From Longimicrobiales bacterium (GTDB lineage: Bacteria > Gemmatimonadota > Gemmatimonadetes > Longimicrobiales > Gaopeijiaceae): a DNA stretch of 64,000 nt. The notes under the pieces were generated by a model. The model was not told the origin of the DNA and searched no databases. It saw nothing but the letters and a program-made list of their open reading frames with translations. The stretch is from assembly GCA_965219445.1 (NCBI GenBank), contig CBDCNQ010000002.1, positions 448,001-512,000 on the forward strand. Reading direction: 5' to 3'. Shown piece by piece: positions 26,820 to 36,394 of the stretch; position 1 is the stretch's first letter; the number at the start of each line of letters is the position of its first letter. Made by a program: the position numbers and the translations under genes.

Positions 26820-28082
26820 TCAATCTCCTCCCCAGGCCCGGATCGCCAAACAAGCGTTGTGCCCACCAAATCCGAAAGAGTTGGAGAGAGCGACCCCCAC
26901 CGGGCGATCGACCACACCGTGTGGACCATAGTCGAGATCGCAATCTGGGTCAGGGTCGGTCAAGTTGATCGTGGGAGGCATCCGGCCCTGCTGGCATACC
27001 AGCGCCGTGATGACGGCCTCGACTCCGCCGGCCGCCCCCAACAAGTGCCCCGTCATCGATTTCGTGGAACCCACGATCACCGAATACGCCAAATCCCCCA
27101 GGACCCGCTTGATTGCCGCCGTCTCGTTCCGGTCGTTTGCTTGAGTCGATGTACCGTGGGCGTTGATATAACCCACATCCTCGGGGCTCGCGCCCGCGTC
27201 ATTCATAGCCATGCGCATAGCGTGTTGAGCGCCCTCTCCCTCCGGTGCCGGCAGTGTGATGTGGTGCGCGTCCCCTGACACGCCGTATCCGACCACCTCG
27301 GCCACGATCGTCGCACCGCGGGCAACCGCCGTATCCAAAGCCTCTAATACCACGCACCCCGCTCCCTCGCCGATGACGAACCCGTCTCGGGCCACGTCGA
27401 ATGGGCGGGACGCGGCCTCCGGTTCGTCGTTCCTCGTGGACAGCGCCTTCATGGAAGCGAACCCCGAGACGGCCAGGGGCGTGATCGTCGCCTCAGCTCC
27501 CCCTGCGATCATGATGTCGGCGTCACCGCGCTCAATGAACCTGAACGCATCCCCAATCGCGTGGGCACCCGACGCACACGCCGACACCGTAGCGTAGTTC
27601 GGCCCTTTAGACCCGAAGCGGATTGAAATCAGGCCTGCCGCGATGTCGGGGATGAACATGGGGATGAAGAAAGGACTCACTCGGCTCGGACCGCGGTCCC
27701 TCAGTTGATCATGTTGGGCTTCCATGGTGGAGATGCCGCCGATCCCGCTTCCGAAGATCACCCCAAAACGCTCGGGGGCGACACCCTCGGGGGGGCCCGT
27801 CAGTCCCGCGTCTCGCATAGCCTCATCGGCGGCGCCGACGCCGAACTGAGCGAACCGGTCATACCGGCGAACTTCCTTATTGTCGAGGAAGGTGAGTGGG
27901 TCGAAGTTCTTAACCTCGCAAGCGATTCGGGTCACGTACTGCTCTGTGGTTTCGAAGAGGGTGATGGGTCCCGCCCCGCTCTCGCCTGCCAGTAACGCAC
28001 TCCAGGTTGAAGGCACGTCGTTCCCCACCGGGGTGAGAGCCCCGAGGCCTGTGATGACCACCCTACGACGGCCATCGCTCAT
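26820..28082 (-). CDS. fabF: 3-oxoacyl-ACP synthase II
   Basis: SACASG, NAHGTST, GHLLGAAG, SNSFGFGG. Confidence 0.97.
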   Translation of the reverse strand: MSDGRRRVVITGLGALTPVGNDVPSTWSALLAGESGAGPITLFETTEQYVTRIACEVKNFDPLTFLDNKEVRRYDRFAQFGVGAADEAMRDAGLTGPPEGVAPERFGVIFGSGIGGISTMEAQHDQLRDRGPSRVSPFFIPMFIPDIAAGLISIRFGSKGPNYATVSACASGAHAIGDAFRFIERGDADIMIAGGAEATITPLAVSGFASMKALSTRNDEPEAASRPFDVARDGFVIGEGAGCVVLEALDTAVARGATIVAEVVGYGVSGDAHHITLPAPEGEGAQHAMRMAMNDAGASPEDVGYINAHGTSTQANDRNETAAIKRVLGDLAYSVIVGSTKSMTGHLLGAAGGVEAVITALVCQQGRMPPTINLTDPDPDCDLDYGPHGVVDRPVGVALSNSFGFGGHNACLAIRAWGGD

Positions 28083-28118
28083 CGCCAGAACGCCTTCATA
28101 GCAGAGATTTCAGCAGGC

Positions 28119-28361
28119 TCACGACTCCCCGTGCTTCTCGATGTAGGCGACCGCTTCGCCAACAGTGCGCATCTGCTCCGCGTCCTCGTCTGGAATATCG
28201 ATGGTGAACTCTTCCTCGAAGGCCATCACTAGCTCCACGGTGTCCAGAGAATCAGCCCCGAGGTCGTCCACGAAGGAAGCCTCCGGAGTGACCTTCTCAG
28301 GGTCCACTCCCAACTCATTGATGATGATTTCCTTGACCTTCGCGGCCGTGTTGTCAGCCAT
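28119..28361 (-). CDS. acpP: Acyl carrier protein
   Basis: [22 protein letters not shown] before ATG 28361. Confidence 0.97.
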   Translation of the reverse strand: MADNTAAKVKEIIINELGVDPEKVTPEASFVDDLGADSLDTVELVMAFEEEFTIDIPDEDAEQMRTVGEAVAYIEKHGES

Positions 28362-28427
28362 GGTGCCTCCGTAAAGTGAGTCCAGACGTGTCGAGTCGAC
28401 TTGAACCAAACTTGCATCATGATCGCC

Positions 28428-29165
28428 CTAGATTGCCATTCCTCCGTCCACCGCGACGACCTGGCCGGTAATGTAGCGGGCCCCAGGTCCCGCAAGAAAG
28501 CGCACCAGGCCGCCCACGTCTCCGGGATCGCCAAAACGACCCAGCGGAATGCGCGACTGTAACTCCTCGAGCGTGGACTGGGGCAATTCCGCCGTCATAT
28601 CGGTCGTGATGAAGCCCGGTGCGATAGCGTTGCAGCGGATGCCCCGCGGAGCGAGCTCCTTCGCGATGCTCTTCGTAAATCCGATGAGGCCGGCCTTGGA
28701 GGCGGCGTAGTTCGCCTGGCCGGCGTTTCCCACGATTCCGACCACCGACGTGATGTTCAAGACCACACCGCTCCGCCGCTTCATCATTCCCCGCGCGAGC
28801 GAGCGCGTCATGTTGAATGCCCCCTTGAGATTGACGGCGAGGACCTCATCCCAATCCTCCTCCTTCATTCGGATGAAGATGTTGTCCCTCGTGATCCCCG
28901 CGTTGTTGACCAAGATTTCGATCGGCCCCAGCCCCTCTTCCACCTTTGCGGCGACCGCCTTGACGCCTTCCGCGTCGCTGACGTCGCAGCCGTAGCCCTC
29001 GTGCCCCGCACCCTCGAGGGAGGTCGCCGCGGACTCGGCCGCCTCCCCGTTTCGGCCCACGACCGCCACTTTGGCACCGGCGCGACCGAGCTCCTGTGCG
29101 ATCGCCAGCCCAATACCACGGGAGCCTCCCGTGACGAGCGCGACCTGTCCGTCGAGTTCTTTCAT
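28428..29165 (-). CDS. fabG: 3-oxoacyl-ACP reductase
   Basis: TGGSRGIG, NNAGITRD, YAASK. Confidence 0.96.
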   Translation of the reverse strand: MKELDGQVALVTGGSRGIGLAIAQELGRAGAKVAVVGRNGEAAESAATSLEGAGHEGYGCDVSDAEGVKAVAAKVEEGLGPIEILVNNAGITRDNIFIRMKEEDWDEVLAVNLKGAFNMTRSLARGMMKRRSGVVLNITSVVGIVGNAGQANYAASKAGLIGFTKSIAKELAPRGIRCNAIAPGFITTDMTAELPQSTLEELQSRIPLGRFGDPGDVGGLVRFLAGPGARYITGQVVAVDGGMAI

Positions 29166-29176
29166 TGAAGACCTCT

Positions 29177-30100
29177 TCAAGGCTCCCATGCTTCGAGATC
29201 GTCCGGCTCACCGAGAGACGCGCACGGGATGGGTTTTGCGATCCTTCGATTCAGTCCGCGTAGAACCGACCCGGGCCCGATTTCCAGGAATCGGTCCGCA
29301 CCCGACTCGACCATATGCAGGACAGAAGGCGCCCACAGTACAGGAGTGGTGAGTTGCCGCACCAATAACGCCCTTGCGGCCTCCCCTGTCGATACCGGTT
29401 TCGCGGTGACGTTCGCGATGATTGGGAAAGCGGGATCGTAGAAGGACTGCTGCTCGAGCCAAGTCTCGAACTCCACCGCCGCTGGCGCCATCAGTGGTGA
29501 GTGAAACGCTCCAGAAACACTCAACCGAACCACACGTTTGGCACCCCGCTTCGTCGCAAGCTCCATCGCCCGCTCAACCCCGGCGAGGTCTCCACTGATG
29601 ACTACCTGGCCCGTAGCGTTGAAGTTTGCCGGGACGCAGACGCCCGCTTCTTCCTGTGCCTGCCCACAGACCGAAACGACGGTTTCATCATCCAGCCCGA
29701 TCACGGCCGCCATGGTACCGGGCCGCTCGACTCCTGCGGCATACATCAGTTCTCCCCTCAGGCGCACCGTATGCACGGCGGTGCCAAAATCGAGTGTCCC
29801 CGCCGCGACGTGGGCGGAGAACTCGCCCAATGAGTGCCCCGCGGCTAGTCCCACTTCGCCGAGACGATTCTGGATGACCCGGTATACAGCGGTGGAGTGG
29901 ACAAGCATGGCCGGCTGGGCGTTTTTTGTGAGCACGAGATGCTCCTCCGGACCCTCCCAAGCGAGCTTAGAGAGGGAAAACCCCAAAACGTCGTCTGCCT
30001 CTTCGAACACCCGAGCGGCCTCGGGATAGGCGCACGCCAGAGATCGACCCATTCCAACGTACTGGGACCCCTGTCCTGGAAAGAGAAGTGCGAGGGACAT
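29177..30100 (-). CDS. fabD: Malonyl-CoA:ACP transacylase
   Basis: FPGQGSQ, GHSLGE, AFHS. Confidence 0.96.
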   Translation of the reverse strand: MSLALLFPGQGSQYVGMGRSLACAYPEAARVFEEADDVLGFSLSKLAWEGPEEHLVLTKNAQPAMLVHSTAVYRVIQNRLGEVGLAAGHSLGEFSAHVAAGTLDFGTAVHTVRLRGELMYAAGVERPGTMAAVIGLDDETVVSVCGQAQEEAGVCVPANFNATGQVVISGDLAGVERAMELATKRGAKRVVRLSVSGAFHSPLMAPAAVEFETWLEQQSFYDPAFPIIANVTAKPVSTGEAARALLVRQLTTPVLWAPSVLHMVESGADRFLEIGPGSVLRGLNRRIAKPIPCASLGEPDDLEAWEP

Positions 30101-30131
30101 TATCAGTCGCGGTCGCTCGGACCGCCCGTTC

Positions 30132-31124
30132 CTACCAGCGGACAGCCATGGCACCCCAGGTCAGTCCAGCCCCGAATGCCACGAGTAGAAGGTTCATGCC
30201 GGGCTGTAGCCGGCCCTCTTCGATCGCCTCGTCCAACGCTACCGGTATGCTCGCTGAGCTCGTATTTCCATATCGGTCGATGTTCACGAACACCTTCTCC
30301 ATCGGAAGCCCCGCGTAGCGCGCGATAGCCTTGATGATTCTGATGTTGGCTTGATGGGGGAACACCAAGTCCACGTCCTCGAGCACCCAGCCCGATCGTT
30401 CCAGCGCTTGTCCGGAGCTGTCCGCCATTGCACGGACCGCATGCTTGAAGACCTCCCGCCCCTCCATCCGTATGAGATGGCTCCGATTCCGAAGTACCTC
30501 CTCGTCCATCGGGATCGCGGCTCCTCCCGCCGGCCGGTATAGGAGGTCCGCCAGTTTTCCATCGGTTTGGTGGTGGGTACCCAAGATGCCGCTCTCGCCC
30601 TCCGCACGCCGGACGACCGCGGCACCCGCCCCATCACCGAACAACACGCAAGTGGTGCGATCCTCCCAATCTATGATGGAACTCATCTTCTCCGTGGCGA
30701 TGACAAGAGCGGTTTCCCCACGACCCGTCGAGAGATACCCCTCGGCCAGAGTGAGCCCATAAATGAAGCCTGAGCAGGCACCGCAAACGTCGAAGGCGAC
30801 CGCATTCGTCGCATCGATGAGAGCCTGAATATCGCAGGCGGTGGCGGGAAGCCAGCGGTCGGGTGTCGCCGTCGAAACAATCAGAATGTCCACGTCTTCG
30901 GGTGCCACACCGGCTCGCTCCATGGCGACCCGCGCGGCGGCCGCACCCATGTGGGCGGTGGTCATCTCTGCGGGCGCGATGCGGCGTTCGCGGATTCCGG
31001 TCCGCTCGACGATCCACTCATCGGAGGTCTCGACGATCGACTCCATATCCCGATTCGTCACGACGTTGTCGGGCAGGAACCGGCCCGTCGACACGATTTC
31101 GACCAACGGAGTTGCCGCCGTCAA
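30132..31124 (-). CDS. fabH: 3-oxoacyl-ACP synthase III
   Basis: ACSGF, PHQAN, GNTSSAS; likely TTG start overlapping the plsX stop. Confidence 0.95.
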   Translation of the reverse strand: MTAATPLVEIVSTGRFLPDNVVTNRDMESIVETSDEWIVERTGIRERRIAPAEMTTAHMGAAAARVAMERAGVAPEDVDILIVSTATPDRWLPATACDIQALIDATNAVAFDVCGACSGFIYGLTLAEGYLSTGRGETALVIATEKMSSIIDWEDRTTCVLFGDGAGAAVVRRAEGESGILGTHHQTDGKLADLLYRPAGGAAIPMDEEVLRNRSHLIRMEGREVFKHAVRAMADSSGQALERSGWVLEDVDLVFPHQANIRIIKAIARYAGLPMEKVFVNIDRYGNTSSASIPVALDEAIEEGRLQPGMNLLLVAFGAGLTWGAMAVRW

Positions 31125-32116
31125 ACCGTGCTTCCGGATTCGATGGGGTGAGCCATTTCCCGAACGAAGTGAGATACCATCGAGGCCTTGGCTGCCCGGT
31201 CCGCCACACGGATCGCACTCTCGATCGCCTTCGGCGGTGAGCCTCCGTGGCAAATGATGGCAATGCCGTTCACACCGAGCAGTGGCGCACCGCCCGTCTC
31301 CGTATAGTCCAACAGCCGGAAGACCTCCTCGAGATCATGGCTGGCGGGGGCATCACCCAATGCATTCGTCAACAGGCCCACGATGAAGCTCGCCACAGAT
31401 TCGTAAAACTTGAGGAGCACGTTCCCCACGAACCCGTCACAAACGAGTACGTCGCACCCACCCTCGACGATTCCCCGGCCCTCAACGTTGCCGACGAAGT
31501 TGAGGCCACTCTCCACCAAGGCTTCGTACGCCGCCACCGCCAGCTCGTCACCTTTCTTTGGCTCCTCGCCAATATTGAGAAGGGCGATGCGAGGATCGGC
31601 GATACCCATCAGGTCCTGTGCGTACACTTTCCCCAAGTGCGCAAACTGAACGAGCTGGTGTGGCTTGCAATCGACATTGGCTCCGGCATCCAAGAGCAAC
31701 AGCGGACCACCGGCGGTCGGCACCACCGTGCCGATCGCGGGACGATCCACTCCCTCCAAGGGCCGAAGGACGAAGAGCGATGCAGCCATGACGGCTCCTG
31801 TAGAACCGGCGCTGATGAAAGCGTCGGCTTCCCCTTCCTTATGAAGGCCCACGCCGACGGCGATGGAGGAATCGGGTTTCCGCCTCAGGACCGTCGAGGG
31901 TGGATCGCCCGGTAGGACTCGTTCGGAGGCGTGAACGATGCTCAGTCTGTCGGAGGGAAATCCAGTGTGCTTGGCGAGCTCCGCGCTTACTAGAGCGGAG
32001 TCCCCGACGAGGATGATCTCGAAGTCCGATTCAGGGTTTGTCAAAGCGCTTACGGCGCCGGCTACCTCAGCCCCGGGGGCCGCATCGGTCCCCATGGCGT
32101 CCAGAGCAATGCGCAC
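31121..32116 (-). CDS. plsX: Phosphate acyltransferase
   Basis: IALDAMG, LDAGAN, LLNIGEE, CDGFVGN. Confidence 0.96.
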   Translation of the reverse strand: MRIALDAMGTDAAPGAEVAGAVSALTNPESDFEIILVGDSALVSAELAKHTGFPSDRLSIVHASERVLPGDPPSTVLRRKPDSSIAVGVGLHKEGEADAFISAGSTGAVMAASLFVLRPLEGVDRPAIGTVVPTAGGPLLLLDAGANVDCKPHQLVQFAHLGKVYAQDLMGIADPRIALLNIGEEPKKGDELAVAAYEALVESGLNFVGNVEGRGIVEGGCDVLVCDGFVGNVLLKFYESVASFIVGLLTNALGDAPASHDLEEVFRLLDYTETGGAPLLGVNGIAIICHGGSPPKAIESAIRVADRAAKASMVSHFVREMAHPIESGSTV

Positions 32117-32140
32117 CTCAATCGGTCCCGTTTCTCGAGG

Positions 32141-32323
32141 TCAGTCCAAGTCCGGGTCTAGCACCTGCTCTCCACCGTAGTACCCACAGCTTGGGCACAC
32201 CCGATGGGGGATCTTGGGATCACCACACCGAGAGCAAGTATTCGTGACCACGGGCTCAGCCTTGTAATGAGTGCGCCGCTTACGCCTGCGTTGCTTAGAA
32301 ATTCTCTTCTTTGGCACAGCCAT
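32141..32323 (-). CDS. rpmF: 50S ribosomal protein L32 (zinc-ribbon type)
   Basis: MAVPKKR, CxxC...HRVCxxCGYY. Confidence 0.97.
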   Translation of the reverse strand: MAVPKKRISKQRRRKRRTHYKAEPVVTNTCSRCGDPKIPHRVCPSCGYYGGEQVLDPDLD

Positions 32324-32332
32324 CGGCCTAAC

Positions 32333-32842
32333 TCACTTGTTCTCGAGTGCGCGGAGGACACCCCACCGTGGGTCGGTGCCTCCCGGCAGACAGTTGCATT
32401 CGGACTCGTTCAGATTCTCACCACATCCAGCGCATAGACCACGACAATCGACCCGGCACTCCATAAAGGAGGGTATCGCGAGGACCACCTCGTCACGAAC
32501 GTACGGTCCCAGGTCGATCTCTCGGACGCCCATCTCGAGGCGGTACGTCTCGCTATCGTCGTCCTCCAACAAATCCGACGGCGCGAAAAGAAGCGTGATA
32601 TCGAGATCGACTTGCTTCTCGACGCGATCGAGGCACCGGCGGCAATCCTGCAACACTGTACCCACCACGCCACCCCGCACCACCAACTCACCCGAGCCCG
32701 CCCATGAGGCGTTCAACACGACGTTGAGAGGCTCTTGGTGCACGAACTCGAAACCCTCGAAGAGGGCGTCGCTGGCCTCAATCCACCCTTCGACTCGCAA
32801 CGTCTTACGTCGCTCCAAGTCACCCAAATCGACCTTGAGCAT
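32333..32842 (-). CDS. YceD/DUF177 family protein
   Basis: CRRCL, CRGLCAGCG, DPRW; lies upstream of rpmF. Confidence 0.92.
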   Translation of the reverse strand: MLKVDLGDLERRKTLRVEGWIEASDALFEGFEFVHQEPLNVVLNASWAGSGELVVRGGVVGTVLQDCRRCLDRVEKQVDLDITLLFAPSDLLEDDDSETYRLEMGVREIDLGPYVRDEVVLAIPSFMECRVDCRGLCAGCGENLNESECNCLPGGTDPRWGVLRALENK

Positions 32843-32895
32843 AGTCGGAAAAGCTATCCCAAGCCCGAGGGCGAGTCAACGCGGTGGTGGGCCTG

Positions 32896-33315
32896 TCAAG
32901 CGCCCAACCTTTGATGCTCGGAGAAGAAAAAAGCGATCTCGGACGCAGCGTTTTCGTCCGAGTCGGAGGCATGGATCGCGTTGCGCTCCTTCGACTCCGC
33001 AAAGAGCTTACGAACCGTTCCTTCATCGGCCTCGGCCGGATCGGTCGCACCGATCGTCCTACGAAGCTCAGCGACCGCATCTTCGGCCTCCAAGACCATC
33101 GGGATCACTGGGCCCGACGTCATGAAGCTCACCAGAGAGTCGAAGAACGGGCGCTCCTTGTGAACGGCGTAGAACGCCTCCGCCTGGACCGTGTTCATAC
33201 GGGTCATCTGCACGGCCCTGACCGTAAAGCCGGCAGCTTCGAGATGGGCTAGAATACTTCCTGCTTTACCGGCCTCCATCGCATCCGGCTTTATGATCCC
33301 GAGCGTAAGGCTCAT
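32896..33315 (-). CDS. ndk: Nucleoside diphosphate kinase
   Basis: IIKPD, IGATDP, NAIHASDS. Confidence 0.97.
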   Translation of the reverse strand: MSLTLGIIKPDAMEAGKAGSILAHLEAAGFTVRAVQMTRMNTVQAEAFYAVHKERPFFDSLVSFMTSGPVIPMVLEAEDAVAELRRTIGATDPAEADEGTVRKLFAESKERNAIHASDSDENAASEIAFFFSEHQRLGA

Positions 33316-34296
33316 CTATGTTTGTTCCTCTTTCTTGAACGAACCGTCCGGGAAGAGCCAGCGAAGCACCTCCCTACGGGTGAGTAGGCCGACCATCTCT
33401 CCATCCCGGATTACCGGGAGCTGTTCGACATCCCGATTCACCATGATCGACGCCGCCTCGATGAGGCTCTGTTCTTCCGAAATGCACATCACCGTGCGCG
33501 TCATGATTTCCCTCGCCGTCAGCTCCGTCCGGGCCGTCGCAGCACTCCCACCGACGCTCTCCACCCGGGCCTGAGAGACGAGCTCCTCCATCGCGTCCCC
33601 GCTCGTGATTACGCCGAGGAACTCGTAATCCTCACCCACCACGGGAACCGCCTGGAGGTCCCTCCGGACCATGAGATCGGCCACCTCTGAGTAGGGCGTA
33701 TCCGGGTATACGCGATACTGGACGGGCTCGACCACGTCCTCCACCAGAAGACTCCGATGGGGATCGAGTTCCATAAACACCGATACCCTCGCAACGCCGT
33801 CAGCCGATCGGGCGTTCAAAAGCGCCGTCACCTTCTCTTCCTCCCGGAAAAACCGCCTTAGTGTGGGGAGCGTCCGATCCCTCAGAGACACTAGATGCCG
33901 AGGGGTCACCAGTATGAAGACCATCTCGGAATCGGTTTCAGATCCGCGACCACCGTTGGCGTCCACCTCGTCGGGATCCACGCCCGAAGAGGCATCAGCC
34001 CGAGTCCTCTCCGCCATAAACCCCGTGGGCGAAACGCCGATGACCGCACGGACTTCCTCGACGGCATCGGACTCCGAGAGAGCCACGACGACACGCTCGT
34101 GGACACGATGGATCTCTCCGGATGCGCCGCCAACGAGATCTGAGGCGAGCTTCTTGGCCACCGCGTCCGAGACCCCCGGTATGGCTCGGAGCGCACTCGT
34201 GAGTGCCCCCGGGAGATCCGGTGCATCGAGCGGAACCAGAATCGCCCCGCGCCGGAGCATTTCAGCGATTTTCATCCGTCCTCCGTCGAGGAGCAA
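33316..34296 (-). CDS. Degenerate PTS EIIA-like domain fused to a CBS pair
   Basis: C-terminal CBS repeats (AVPVV..FLGVIT; AREIMT..LPVI..VGLLT); N-terminus loosely EIIA-like; start may be ATG ~34275. Confidence 0.7.
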   Translation of the reverse strand: MLLDGGRMKIAEMLRRGAILVPLDAPDLPGALTSALRAIPGVSDAVAKKLASDLVGGASGEIHRVHERVVVALSESDAVEEVRAVIGVSPTGFMAERTRADASSGVDPDEVDANGGRGSETDSEMVFILVTPRHLVSLRDRTLPTLRRFFREEEKVTALLNARSADGVARVSVFMELDPHRSLLVEDVVEPVQYRVYPDTPYSEVADLMVRRDLQAVPVVGEDYEFLGVITSGDAMEELVSQARVESVGGSAATARTELTAREIMTRTVMCISEEQSLIEAASIMVNRDVEQLPVIRDGEMVGLLTRREVLRWLFPDGSFKKEEQT

Positions 34297-34302
34297 GGCG
34301 GG

Positions 34303-35190
34303 TTACGCACGAACAGCACCTTGGATCAGGCCGACGATATCAGCAGGACGTTGGGCCACCACGATACCGTTGTCCTCGAACGCTTTTATCTTCTCTTCTG
34401 CAGTCCCCGAGGAGCCACTGATAATCGCACCGGCATGCCCCATTCGGCGACCCGGAGGGGCGGTCTGGCCGGCAATGAATCCTACGACCGGGATCTCGAG
34501 GTTCTCGCTCACCCACCGGGCCGCCTCCTGTTCATCGGTACCCCCGATCTCCCCAATCATGACGATCGCCTCGGTGTCGGCGTCACCGGCGAAAGCCTCG
34601 AGCGCATCGACGAAGTTGGTTCCGATGAGCGCATCACCGCCGATCCCCACACAAGTCGTCTGTCCGATCCCCGAGTTGGTCAAGTGGATCACAGCCTCAT
34701 ACGTGAGTGTTCCCGAGCGAGAAATCACGCCCACAGGTCCGGGCGTAACGATGTTTCCCGGAATAATCCCCACCTTCGCCTTTCCTGGAGAGATGACGCC
34801 TGGGCAGTTCGGCCCCACGACCTGCGCGCCGTGGTCCCGCGCGAAGGCGTGCGCCCGAGCCATGTCCTGCACCGGGATCCCCTCGGTGATGGCCACGATC
34901 AACGAGACTCCGGCGTCTGTGGCTTCTTCGATCGCACTCGCAGCGAAGGCTGGCGGCACGTACACCGCCGAGGTGTTGGCGCCGGTCTCGGATACCGCTT
35001 CATCCATGGAGTTGAAGATCGGTACGCTCGCGCCCTCAGGACCCTCGAAGGTCTGCCCGCCCTTCCCCGGTGTGACACCGGCCACCACTGCGGTCCCGTA
35101 TTCCATCATCTGAAGCGTGTGGAAAGACCCGTCTCGTCCCGTAATTCCTTGGACAACCAGCTTCGTATTTTCGTCGACTAGAATCGCCAT
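34303..35190 (-). CDS. sucD: Succinyl-CoA synthetase alpha subunit
   Basis: [26 protein letters not shown]. Confidence 0.97.
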   Translation of the reverse strand: MAILVDENTKLVVQGITGRDGSFHTLQMMEYGTAVVAGVTPGKGGQTFEGPEGASVPIFNSMDEAVSETGANTSAVYVPPAFAASAIEEATDAGVSLIVAITEGIPVQDMARAHAFARDHGAQVVGPNCPGVISPGKAKVGIIPGNIVTPGPVGVISRSGTLTYEAVIHLTNSGIGQTTCVGIGGDALIGTNFVDALEAFAGDADTEAIVMIGEIGGTDEQEAARWVSENLEIPVVGFIAGQTAPPGRRMGHAGAIISGSSGTAEEKIKAFEDNGIVVAQRPADIVGLIQGAVRA

Positions 35191-35207
35191 CTATCGTATG
35201 GGCTCCA

Positions 35208-36344
35208 TCATCCCGCATTCACCATCTCAACGGCTCGCTCGACCACTTCATCCATTGACGAAGACACCGAGAAGCCGGCTTCGGCAAGAATGTCCAACCC
35301 TTCCTTTTCATTGGTTCCCGTAAGGCGAATCACGATCGGGCACTCGATATCGATGCGAGTCGTCGCCTCGACGATGCCCCGTGCCACATCGTCGCAGCGG
35401 GTGATCCCCCCAAAGATGTTGAACAGGATGACCTTCACATTCGAATCCGAGATGATGATCTCCAGCGCGGCGACGACCTTTTCAGGACTCGACGAGCCTC
35501 CAATATCGAGAAAATTAGCGGGCTCTCCGCCGTAATATTTCACGAGGTCCATGGTGGCCATGGCCAACCCCGCTCCGTTGACACAGCAACCGACGTTCCC
35601 GTCCAGCTTGACGTAGCTGAGAGCGGCTTCCCGGGCCTTGGTCTCGGCAGCCGGTTCCGCCGACAGATCCCGGTATTCGACGAGCTCTGGATGCCTGAAG
35701 AGCTCACTGTCGTCGATACTCATCTTGGCATCGATCGCCTTGACCTCGCCCGAACTCGTCGTAATGAGAGGATTGATCTCGATCATCGACGCCCCGCTCG
35801 ACGTGAACGCACTGTAGAGCTGGCGGATGATCTTGGCCGCCTGCTTCACCAAGCTCGGTTCCCCGTAGAGCGAGTTCGCCAGCCAGTACGCCTGATGGCC
35901 CATCAAGCCATAGCGGGGGTCGACCGTGAGCTTCCGGATGGTATCCGGACTGGTGTGCGCAACTTCCTCGATGTCGATCCCGCCCTCGGCCGACACCATG
36001 AACGTGGCGGCCCGAGCCTTTCGGTCGATGAGGACGCCCACATAGGCCTCCGTATCGATGTCTTCCGCTGGGGTGATGAGAACTCTCTCGACCGTGAGAT
36101 CCGAGATGGTCATGCCCAGAATTTTCTCGGCATGCTCACGAGCCTCGGCCGTCGTCTTGGCCAGCTTCACGCCACCCGCCTTCCCTCGTCCACCGGAGTG
36201 GACTTGAGCCTTCACGACCACCGTCCCTCCATACTGCTCGGCGAGGGCCACAGCCTCTTCGGGCGTGGTGGCGACCTCTCCAGGGGGCACCGGGATCCCG
36301 TTGGCACGTAGCACTTCTTTGGCCTGATACTCGTGGATGTTCAT
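35208..36344 (-). CDS. sucC: Succinyl-CoA synthetase beta subunit
   Basis: MNIHEYQ, GGRGKAGG, NGAGLAM, NIFGGI. Confidence 0.97.
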   Translation of the reverse strand: MNIHEYQAKEVLRANGIPVPPGEVATTPEEAVALAEQYGGTVVVKAQVHSGGRGKAGGVKLAKTTAEAREHAEKILGMTISDLTVERVLITPAEDIDTEAYVGVLIDRKARAATFMVSAEGGIDIEEVAHTSPDTIRKLTVDPRYGLMGHQAYWLANSLYGEPSLVKQAAKIIRQLYSAFTSSGASMIEINPLITTSSGEVKAIDAKMSIDDSELFRHPELVEYRDLSAEPAAETKAREAALSYVKLDGNVGCCVNGAGLAMATMDLVKYYGGEPANFLDIGGSSSPEKVVAALEIIISDSNVKVILFNIFGGITRCDDVARGIVEATTRIDIECPIVIRLTGTNEKEGLDILAEAGFSVSSSMDEVVERAVEMVNAG

Positions 36345-36362
36345 GCGAACCTAAGAGTGGAT

Positions 36363-36394
36363 GCTGTGGATGCTAAGGGCTGTGGACGCTAAGG
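36363..36394 (+). repeat. 16-bp tandem duplication spanning the UPF0182 stop codon
   Basis: GCTGTGGATGCTAAGG then GCTGTGGACGCTAAGG (15/16 identical). Confidence 0.85.
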
